A DNA stretch of 64,000 nucleotides from the NCBI GenBank assembly GCA_002104945.1, contig MCFH01000002.1, positions 1,612,001-1,676,000 of the forward strand, read 5' to 3'. The position numbers were made by a program, and so were the translations under genes. Shown in pieces: positions 1-11,500 of the stretch; within the stretch, counting starts at the first letter, position 1, and every line of letters starts with the position of its first letter. The notes beneath the pieces were generated by a model, which had not been told where the DNA came from, did no database searches, and saw nothing but the letters and a program-made list of their open reading frames with translations. The stretch is from Piromyces finnis finn. Lineage: Eukaryota; Fungi; Neocallimastigomycota.

Positions 1-31
1 TATAATATATAAATAAAAGAAAAAGCTTTTT

Positions 32-1878
32 TTAAAATAATTTACTTTGAACAAGTACTCCATAAATCACCACAACCATCAACTTTCCAGTAAATTGATG
101 GTAAGTCAGTTCTTCCAATAGACTTCGTCTTTAATTTATATTCGCTTTTTTCCATCATTGCATCTAAAAATATTAACAAGTAATAATTATAAAAAAAAAT
201 AAAATTAAATATTTCCTATCGCTTTTTATCATTAATGTATAATATATAATAAGATTTAATATTACTAGTAAATGGATCAATGGCAGCTACTAATTCATCT
301 TCTTTAATAATATATTTATCTATATAATAATAAAAATAATAAACATATTAAATGATATATACTTTTATTTATATGCAATTAACTTTTCATAATTACCGGT
401 TCCATAATAATCTTCACCGACAGTATACCAAAACATATTCATTGGAACATCAGCATCGAGGATTTGCTTTGTCCATGTTTTGTAATATTGAATACGTTCT
501 TCTTTTGAACAGTCAGTTGGAATTTCAAGACCCCATTCTTCAAATACTACTGGTTTATTTAATTTTTTTCCTACAGCTTGATGTGATTCAATCCAATCTT
601 TAGTATGAGAAACTAAATCTTTCATTCCCCATGGAATAGGATAATAATGATAAGTATTATAATCAATATTTGGAAGTGCTGTTAAAGCCTCAAAATCAGT
701 ACCTTCATCATATTTGTATGCATATAATCCTTTAGATCCCTCTGGAGCTTCAAGACCAAAACCTATATTATTACAAAATATTCATTAATAATTTAATGTA
801 TTATTTAAAAAAACTTTATATAATTATTTTTTTAAATAAATAAATATATATATATGTATTAATTACCTTCACACCCGACTGATACTAAGTGGTTGGGGTC
901 TAGTTCTTTAATATATGAACTAATATCATTAGCCCATTCAGTTATAACCTCAGGAGTGCATTTACCTGATTGAGGAAGTCCAGAAGGACCATTTCCGCAT
1001 CTTGGCTCATTAGCTAATTGCCAAGAAAATATTGTAGGATCATCACTATAACGAATATTGGTATGACGATTAATACGAGTAATTAACAATTTAATATAGC
1101 TTTTGAATGCCTTACGGATATCTGTATTAGTATAGAAATCATCATGATATTTACCACCATAACCTTTAACCCATTCATCCATACCACCATAATCAGTCCA
1201 ATTATTCTTTATTGAAATAATACATTAATTAACTTATATTTAATATTCATATATTAATATATTAATAAATTTGTATATTAAAATTCATACAGTAAAACCT
1301 AAAACTAATCTGATATTTCTTTGTGATGCTGCTGCTATAAAGTAATCGATAGCTTCCATATTATCTTCAAGAAATACAGCCTTATAATATATTATATATC
1401 ATTATATATTATTTTAAATATCTTAAAATAAAATTATATATAATATTTTATATTAAGATTAAATACTTTTATTATGTTTTTATTACCTTTCCATTTTCAA
1501 ATTTCACAAATTGTTTGTCACCACACACCTTAAGATCACAAAATGCCCATGCACGAACTACTTGAATATTATGTTTTGCTGATACTTCTAATGCAAGATC
1601 CACCCTTTCATTTTGAGAACTATGTAAATAGTCTTTACATATATTATAATATATATTACATCATACACATTTTATTTCAATGGTTAGATTCTATTAATTA
1701 ATAAATGTTTTTTCTTTTATTTTTAAATAAATATACATGTATTTGTTCCAGAAAAATATATTTTGTAGCCATCAATATAAAAGTTTGTCCCTTCAGTGTA
1801 TACATAACCACCGAGGATTGCATATGTAGGAACCAGCAATAAAAAGAATAAATTTAATAATATCGTTAAATTTATCAT
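32..1878 (-). CDS. Secreted endo-1,4-beta-mannanase, glycoside hydrolase family 5 (subfamily 7-like), ~7 exons, no dockerin
   Basis: Spliced by hand across GT-AG introns: signal peptide MINLTILLNLFFLLLVPTYA; GTNTYYL; VVRAWAF; NNWTDYGGMD; acid/base motif WQLANEPRC; TYHYYP; nucleophile motif VVFEEWG. Ends ...VDGCGDLWSTCSSKLF* (TAA at 34-32). ORF-track pieces 859..1182 and 365..625 fall in exons. Confidence 0.88.
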
Positions 1879-2008
1879 ATTAAGATGAAGTTAAAATATA
1901 TATATTATAAATATAAAGAAATTAAAGAAATAAGAAAAGAATAAAAAAAATAAAAAATATATATTTTTTTATTAAAAACACTTTTAATATAAAAATAGTT
2001 ATTTTTGT

Positions 2009-2048
<40 letters not shown>

Positions 2049-2978
2049 TATTTTTATTTTTATTATAAATTAATAATTAACTCCTTTTCTCTTTTATTTT
2101 AGTTTATATATATTACTTCATTTATAAAATAAAATCTAATAAAATATAATATAAATTAAATTTGTTATTAAATATTGGTATTCACATATTATTTAAATTA
2201 TGTTAATAAGAAAAAAAAATTATTAAATAAATATTATTTTCAATTTATGATTCACAATTAAATAATTATGTAGGAAATTTTATTTATATCATGGAGAATT
2301 TTTTAACTTAAATTATTATAAAATAAGGGTTTTATATAAAATTTCTACCACCAATAATTTTGCAATATTTTCTTATTATAACAATATAAAATAATTAAAA
2401 TCATTTTCTATTAATAAAGTTAAAAGTTTTATAATTTTATTATTTGTTTTTTTTTGTTTTATAACAACAAAAAACAATTTTTTTCTTTTAAAAAAAAATT
2501 AATTTAATACATAATAAATAAATAAATAAATAAGCAAAAAAAAAAAAACATTTTTAAAAATAGTAGTGCTTTATTATTTTTGAAAATTCTCATAAACAAA
2601 AATAATTAATACTTTTTAAATCTTGAGCTTTAAAAAAGATTTTCAACACATAATTCTATATAATAAACAATAATATATTACAATAAATTACATTACGTTA
2701 GCTTAGAATATATATAAATCATACATATTATTATTGTGTATATTGTACATAGGTAAAATAAATATTATCAATTATATATGCTACTTTAATAATAGAAAAA
2801 AAAATTATATAAAATACTTTATAACTAAAATATATAAAGATATAAAACAAATAAACATTCATTCTTATTATTCTATTTTCATAATATTTTTATTACTAGA
2901 TTTTAAATATATCTATTTATAAATAAAAATATTAATTTGTATATATATATATATTATTAGAAATAAAAATTTAAAATA

Positions 2979-4919
2979 ATGAGTAATATATTAAATAACC
3001 AAATTAATAAAATCAACACAAAAGAAACAAAATTAAGTGAAAATCATTTTAACAATTTATTAATTGATTTATTAACCAATAAACAAGAAAACCAAAAAGA
3101 ATTATTAAATAAAAATAATTTTTCAAAAACAAATAGTATTATTGATAAAAAAATACTTGAAGATGAAGAATATCAACAATATATAAATCATTTAATGACT
3201 TCTTCAATAGAAGAATTAAAAAATGAACCTCAATTAATTGAAAATCACAGTAAATATATTGACCAACAATTAGCTTCTGTAACGTTTAATAATTATAAAT
3301 ATTTCCTTGATGCAAATTTATGTTCCCAAGGTATAAATAAATCTCTTTCAAGTGTAAGTGAAAAAAATGATTCAATGTTGAATATTTTAGGAAATGTGGA
3401 AAATGCATGTAAAGATTTTACCAAAAGTTTAGATCAATTTGTTGATGATAAAAATAGAATTAAACTTATTTTAAATCATCATAGTAAAATTGTTGAAATT
3501 TTAGAAATACCTCAACTTTTAGATACATTTATTAGAAATGGTTATTATGATGAAGCAATGGAATTAAAAAATCATTCTAAAAAAATACTATCCTCGCATA
3601 CTGATTCAAATCTTTTACAGAAAATATTAAAAGAAGTTGAAGAAACTAGTGCTTTAATGATAACACAACTAATTCAACTTTTAAGATGTAATATAAAACT
3701 TTCATTATGTATTCGAATAATAAATTACTTAAGAAAAATGGATCTATTTAAACCTCATGAATTACCTATAATATTTTTACAGCAAAGAGATATTTATTTA
3801 AAAACATTAATATCGGAAATTAAAGTTAAAGATTATTCACCCGATGAATATTTAAGAAAATATATTGATATTTTAAGAGAACATTTTATTGAAATTATAA
3901 ATCAATATATAGAAATTTTTATAAATAATAGTAATATATTTGTTAATACAAATGAAATAGCAAACAATAATACTAATAAATCAGAAGAATCAGATAATGA
4001 ATTTTCATATTCATTAATTCTTTCTTCATATATTACAACCAATATTAATGACATTGTAGAAGTTTTTAAATTAAAATTGCCATTAATCAAAGATATTGCA
4101 AAACTCTCTTCACTTTCAGTTCAAGTAATGTATTTTGGTATGTCATTAGGCAAAAATGGAATTGATTTCAGGCATATTATTGAAAAACTATTCGAGGAAA
4201 ATGTTGAAAATATAATTATTGATCAAATTCAGATAGGTACTGAAAAGTGTATTACTTGGTTTAAAGAATGTGAAATACAAAATATGTACGGAAAAAATAG
4301 TGATTCTCAAATGAAATATATGCAAGAAACTAATAAAAACGAAAATAATAATAATAATAATAATCTTAACGAATCAAATAATACTGATAGCTCAACCTCT
4401 TTAATAGATAATTCATCTTTGCCTATTTTTAAACCACAAGAAATTTTATTATCATATCCAAATTTAGCATTAATAATAAATTTGTATTTTAATATTTATA
4501 ATACTTTAAGAATTTTTGCTCCAATATCATGCTTAAGAAATTTCTTGGATTGTATCATAAAAAATTTAAAATTATATGTTGATGCTGTGGACCAATATGG
4601 TCAAAAAGAAGAGCATAAAATATGGACGTTAAGAGAAAGACAAATATATGAAGAAATTTGTAAAATTATTGTAATCATATTAGTTCCATCAATAATTAAT
4701 GGATTTTTGAAAGGTGTATATGGTGGTGTTAAACATAATATTGATAGTAATCAAATAATTGAACACATAGTTGCACCAATTAAAGAAAATATTAATAAAG
4801 TTTCATATATAAGATCACCCGAAAATAAAGAATCAATAATTAATGAAGAAAATAAAATTAAATCAAGTGAAGAAATCAAGGAGATTGAAAGTAGAATTGA
4901 TAATATAGAAATAAAATAA
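2979..4919 (+). CDS. COG8: Conserved oligomeric Golgi complex subunit 8 (Dor1/COG8)
   Basis: Single 646-aa ORF with Dor1-family motifs EILEIPQLLDTFIRNGYYDEAMEL, LSLCIRIINYLRKM and QVMYFGMSLGKNGIDFR. Confidence 0.88.
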   Translation: MSNILNNQINKINTKETKLSENHFNNLLIDLLTNKQENQKELLNKNNFSKTNSIIDKKILEDEEYQQYINHLMTSSIEELKNEPQLIENHSKYIDQQLASVTFNNYKYFLDANLCSQGINKSLSSVSEKNDSMLNILGNVENACKDFTKSLDQFVDDKNRIKLILNHHSKIVEILEIPQLLDTFIRNGYYDEAMELKNHSKKILSSHTDSNLLQKILKEVEETSALMITQLIQLLRCNIKLSLCIRIINYLRKMDLFKPHELPIIFLQQRDIYLKTLISEIKVKDYSPDEYLRKYIDILREHFIEIINQYIEIFINNSNIFVNTNEIANNNTNKSEESDNEFSYSLILSSYITTNINDIVEVFKLKLPLIKDIAKLSSLSVQVMYFGMSLGKNGIDFRHIIEKLFEENVENIIIDQIQIGTEKCITWFKECEIQNMYGKNSDSQMKYMQETNKNENNNNNNNLNESNNTDSSTSLIDNSSLPIFKPQEILLSYPNLALIINLYFNIYNTLRIFAPISCLRNFLDCIIKNLKLYVDAVDQYGQKEEHKIWTLRERQIYEEICKIIVIILVPSIINGFLKGVYGGVKHNIDSNQIIEHIVAPIKENINKVSYIRSPENKESIINEENKIKSSEEIKEIESRIDNIEIK

Positions 4920-5535
4920 AGCAAAAATAATATTAAATAATTTAATTTTAACATTTAATATTTATAATAAATATTAAAAATATTTAATATTAAAATTCTA
5001 AAATATAATGAATTATGAATAGTTATTATAAAACCAAATGTTAGCATATTTAAATTTATGAATTTTTATTAAATTATATTATGCTATATACTTCATAATT
5101 AAAATATAATGAAAAAAATTTATTATATAAAAAATGCATTAAAATAAAATAAAAAAAAAAAAAAAAAAAAGGCTTAAAAAAATGAAATCGATAAAATTAA
5201 TAACAATTGTCAAAAAAATTAATTATAAAATTTTGATATATAATAAAATTATATCACTAAATTAAGTTCTATTGATATATTAACTGTAAAATGATAATGA
5301 ATTGTACCTATATTACAATGATACTGCTGAAGTGTATATATAAATGCATCATGATTTACTTAGTTTTTGTTTCTTGATTAGTTTTTCTCCTATATAGTTA
5401 TTACTTTACTGGTAATAACGTTTTTTTTTTTTTTTTTTTTTTTTGATTAAATATTTATTATTATATCAAATACTAAATTAAAAATAATAATAATTATTAT
5501 TATTATTATTAATTCTTATTTGAATTTTTGTAGAT

Positions 5536-8500
5536 TTATCTTTTTCTATCTTTATTAATTAAATCATTATTTTTATTTATTATAATTGCGTCTAATAATG
5601 ATTCAATGCTTTCATCATATATTTTAGAGTCTCTTGGATCTTTTTTTTTTTCTTCATCATATTTTTGAATATTTTCTCTTTTTTTCTTTAATGAAATATC
5701 TTCGATTTTTCCCATTCTAAGTGGTGCATTTTTTGAATACTTAAATCCTTTTGTTTTATTTACACTAATGTTATTTGTGTTTGTTGACTTAGTATTTGTT
5801 GATGAACTTTTTGACTTATTACCTATTGCCAAATCATCAATTTGCTTTTTACTAGATAATGTTTTAGATCTGTGCATTGATAAATCGTCAACTGGTTCTT
5901 TGTTAGAAGTACCTTTACCTCTCTGAATAGCAAGATCATCAATAATATTTTTATTGGTGTTTGAAGAAGAATTTGTATTTCTATTCATACCTATTCCACC
6001 TTTATTGCTTTTAAAATTTGATGAAGTATTTCCTTTTCCTATTCTAAATAAACTATTACTTGATCTTGTACCTGCTGAATCTTTATTTCTATACATTGCT
6101 AAGTCATCAACTGGTTCTTTATTAGTACTTCCTTTATTTCTATACATAGAAAGATCATCAATTGGTTCTTTATTGACACCTCCTTTATTTCTATACATAG
6201 AAAGATCATCAACTGGTTCTTTATTGACACCCCCTTTATTTCTGTACATTGCTAAGTCATCAATTGGTTCTTTATTAGTACTTCCTTTATTTCTATACAT
6301 AGAAAGATCATCAATTGGTTCTTTATTAACACCTCCTTTATTTCTATACATAGCAAGATCATCAACTGGTTCTTTATTGACACCTCCTTTATTTCTGTAC
6401 ATTGCTAAATCATCAACTGGTTCTTTATAGACACTTCCTTTATTTCTATACATAGCAAGATCATCAACTGGTTCTTTATTGACACCTCCTTTATTTCTGT
6501 ACATTGCTAAATCATCAACTGGTTCTTTATAGACACTTCCTTTATTTCTATACATAGCAAGATCATCAACTGGTTCTTTATTGACACCTCCTTTATTTCT
6601 GTACATTGCTAAATCATCACTTGGTTCCTTGTTTGTATTTGCCTTATTTCTATACATTGCTAAATCATCGACTGGTTCTTTATTAGTATTTGCTTTATTT
6701 CTGTACATTGCAAGATCATCAACTGGTTCCTTGTTCGTATTTGCTTTGTTTCTATACATTGCTAAATCATCAACTGGTTCCTTATTAGTATTTCCTTTAT
6801 TTCTATACATTGCAAGATCATCAACTGGTTCCTTATTAGTATTTGCCTTGTTTCTATACATTGCAAGATCATCGACTGGTTCCTTGTTTGTATTTGCCTT
6901 GTTTCTGTACATAGCAAGGTCATCGACTGGTTCTTTATTAGTATTTGCCTTATTTCTATACATTGCTAAATCATCGACTGGTTCTTTATTAGTATTTCCT
7001 TTATTTCTGTACATAGCAAGGTCATCGACTGGTTCCTTGTTTGTATTTGCCTTGTTTCTGTACATTGCAAGATCATCAACTGGTTCTTTATTAGTATTTG
7101 CCTTGTTTCTATACATTGCAAGATCATCAACTGGTTCCTTGTTTGTATTTGCCTTATTTCTATACATAGCAAGGTCATCGACTGGTTCTTTGTTTGTATT
7201 TGCCTTGTTTCTATACATTGCAAGATCATCAACTGGTTCTTTATTAATACTTCCTTTGTTTCTATACATTGCAAGGTCATCAACCGGTTCCTTGTTTGTA
7301 TTTGCCTTATTTCTATACATCGCAAGGTCATCGACTGGTTCTTTGTTTGTATTTGCCTTGTTTCTATACATTGCAAGGTCATCGACTGGTTCTTTGTTTG
7401 TATTTGCTTTATTTCTATACATTGCTAAATCATCGACTGGTTCTTTATTAGTATTGGCTTTGTTTCTATACATAGCAAGGTCATCGACTGGTTCTTTGTT
7501 TGTATTTGCTTTATTTCTATACATAGCAAGGTCATCGACTGGTTCCTTGTTTGTATTTGCCTTGTTTCTATACATTGCAAGATCATCAACTGGTTCTTTA
7601 TTAATACTTCCTTTGTTTCTATACATTGCAAGGTCATCGACTGGTTCTTTGTTTGTATTTGCCTTGTTTCTATACATTGCAAGGTCATCGACTGGTTCTT
7701 TGTTTGTATTTGCTTTATTTCTATACATTGCTAAATCATCGACTGGTTCTTTATTAGTATTGGCTTTGTTTCTATACATAGCAAGGTCATCGACTGGTTC
7801 TTTGTTTGTATTTGCTTTATTTCTATACATAGCAAGGTCATCGACTGGTTCCTTGTTTGTATTTGCCTTGTTTCTATACATTGCAAGATCATCGACTGGT
7901 TCTTTGTTTGTATTTGCTTTATTTCTATACATAGCAAGGTCATCGACTGGTTCCTTGTTTGTATTTGCCTTGTTTCTATACATTGCAAGATCATCGACTG
8001 GTTCTTTGTTTGTATTTGCTTTATTTCTATACATAGCAAGGTCATCTACTGGTTCTTTGTTTGTATTTGCTTTATTTCTGTACATTGCAAGATCATCGAC
8101 TGGTTCTTTATTAGTATTGGCTTTGTTTCTGTACATTGCAAGATCATCAACTGGTTCTTTATTTGTATTTGCTTTATTTCTATACATCGCAAGGTCATCG
8201 ACTGGTTCCTTGTTTGTATTTGCCTTGTTTCTATACATTGCAAGATCATCGACTGGTTCTTTGTTTGTATTTGCTTTATTTCTATACATAGCAAGGTCAT
8301 CTACTGGTTCTTTGTTTGTATTTGCTTTATTTCTGTACATTGCAAGATCATCGACTGGTTCTTTATTAGTATTGGCTTTGTTTCTGTACATTGCAAGATC
8401 ATCAACTGGTTCTTTATTTGTATTTGCTTTATTTCTATACATCGCAAGGTCATCGACTGGTTCTTTGTTTGTATTTGCTTTATTTCTATACATTGCAAGG

Positions 8501-11500
8501 TCATCGACTGGTTCTTTATTAGTATTTGCCTTATTTCTATACATAGCAAGGTCATCAACTGGTTCTTTATTTGTATTTGCCTTGTTTCTATACATCGCAA
8601 GGTCATCGACTGGTTCTTTGTTTGTATTTGCCTTGTTTCTATACATTGCTAAATCATCGACTGGTTCTTTATTAGTATTGGCTTTGTTTCTATACATAGC
8701 AAGGTCATCGACTGGTTCTTTGTTTGTATTTGCTTTATTTCTATACATAGCAAGGTCATCGACTGGTTCCTTGTTTGTATTTGCTTTGTTTCTATACATA
8801 GCAAGGTCATCGACTGGTTCCTTGTTTGTATTTGCTTTGTTTCTATACATAGCAAGGTCATCGACTGGTTCTTTGTTTGTATTTGCTTTATTTCTATACA
8901 TTGCAAGGTCATCGACTGGTTCTTTATTAGTATTTGCCTTATTTCTATACATAGCAAGGTCATCAACTGGTTCTTTATTTGTATTTGCCTTGTTTCTGTA
9001 CATTGCAAGATCATCGACTGGTTCTTTGTTTGTATTTGCTTTATTTCTGTACATTGCAAGATCATCAACTGGTTCTTTATTTGTATTTGCTTTATTTCTG
9101 TACATTGCAAGATCATCGACTGGTTCTTTGTTTGTATTTGCTTTATTTCTGTACATTGCAAGATCATCGACTGGTTCCTTGTTTGTATTTGCCTTGTTTC
9201 TATACATTGCAAGATCATCAACTGGCTCTTTATTAGTATTGGCTTTGTTTCTGTACATTGCTAAATCATCGACTGGTTCTTTGTTTGTATTTGCCTTGTT
9301 TCTATACATAGCAAGATCATCGACTGGTTCTTTGTTTGTATTTGCTTTATTTCTGTACATTGCAAGATCATCAACTGGTTCTTTATTAGTATTTGCCTTG
9401 TTTCTATACATAGCAAGGTCATCGACTGGTTCTTTATTTGTATTTGCCTTATTTCTATACATAGCAAGGTCATCGACTGGTTCTTTGTTTGTATTTGCCT
9501 TGTTTCTATACATTGCAAGATCATCAACTGGTTCTTTGTTTGTATTTGCCTTGTTTCTATACATTGCAAGATCATCAACTGGTTCTTTGTTTGTATTTGC
9601 CTTATTTCTGTACATAGCAAGATCATCGACTGGCTCCTTATTAGTATTTGCCTTGTTTCTATACATTGCTAAATCATCGACTGGTTCTTTATTAATACTT
9701 CCTTTGTTTCTATACATTGCAAGGTCATCAACCGGTTCCTTGTTTGTATTTGCCTTATTTCTGTACATAGCAAGATCATCAACTGGTTCTTTATTAGTAT
9801 TTGCCTTGTTTCTATACATAGCAAGGTCATCGACTGGTTCCTTGTTTGTATTTGCCTTGTTTCTATACATTGCAAGATCATCAACTGGTTCTTTATTAGT
9901 ATTGGCTTTGTTTCTGTACATTGCAAGATCATCAACTGGTTCTTTATTTGTATTTGCCTTATTTCTGTACATAGCAAGATCATCAACTGGTTCTTTATTA
10001 GTATTTGCCTTGTTTCTATACATTGCTAAATCATCAATTGGTTCCTTGTTTGTATTTGCTTTGTTTCTGTACATTGCAAGATCATCGACTGGTTCTTTAT
10101 TAGTATTTGCCTTATTTCTATACATAGCAAGGTCATCGACTGGTTCTTTATTAGTATTTCCTTTATTTCTATACATAGCAAGGTCATCGACTGGTTCTTT
10201 GTTTGTATTGGCTTTGTTTCTGTACATTGCAAGATCATCGACTGGTTCTTTATTAGTATTTGCCTTATTTCTATACATAGCAAGGTCATCGACTGGTTCT
10301 TTGTTTGTATTTGCTTTATTTCTGTACATTGCAAGATCATCGACTGGTTCCTTGTTTGTATTTGCCTTGTTTCTATACATTGCAAGATCATCAACTGGCT
10401 CTTTATTAGTATTGGCTTTGTTTCTGTACATTGCTAAATCATCGACTGGTTCTTTGTTTGTATTTGCCTTGTTTCTATACATTGCTAAATCATCAATTGG
10501 TTCCTTGTTTGTATTTGCTTTGTTTCTGTACATTGCAAGATCATCGACTGGTTCTTTATTAGTATTTGCCTTATTTCTATACATAGCAAGGTCATCGACT
10601 GGTTCTTTATTAGTATTTCCTTTATTTCTATACATAGCAAGGTCATCGACTGGTTCTTTGTTTGTATTGGCTTTGTTTCTGTACATTGCAAGATCATCGA
10701 CTGGTTCTTTATTAGTATTTGCCTTATTTCTATACATAGCAAGGTCATCGACTGGTTCTTTGTTTGTATTTGCCTTGTTTCTATACATAGCAAGGTCATC
10801 GACTGGTTCTTTGTTTGTATTTGCTTTGTTTCTATACATTGCAAGATCATCGACTGGTTCTTTGTTCGTATTTGCTTTGTTTCTATACATAGCAAGATCA
10901 TCAACTGGTTCTTTATTAGTATTTGCCTTGTTTCTATACATTGCTAAATCATCAATTGGTTCCTTGTTTGTATTTGCTTTATTTCTATACATTGCTAAAT
11001 CATCGACTGGTTCTTTATTAGTATTTACCTTGTTTCTATACATTGCAAGATCATCAACTGGTTCTTTGTTTGTATTTGCTTTGTTTCTATACATTGCAAG
11101 ATCATCAACTGGTTCTTTGTTTGTATTTGCCTTGTTTCTATACATTGCAAGATCATCAACTGGTTCTTTATTTGTATTTGCCTTGTTTCTATACATTGCA
11201 AGATCATCAACTGGTTCTTTATTTGTATTTGCCTTGTTTCTATACATTGCAAGATCATCAACTGGTTCTTTATTAGTATTTGCCTTGTTTCTATACATTG
11301 CAAGATCATCAACTGGTTCCTTGTTTGTATTTGCTTTATTTCTGTACATTGCAAGATCATCAACTGGTTCTTTATTTGTATTTGCTTTATTTCTGTACAT
11401 TGCAAGATCATCGACTGGTTCTTTATTAGTATTGGCTTTGTTTCTGTACATTGCAAGATCATCAACTGGTTCTTTATTTGTATTTGCCTTATTTCTGTAC

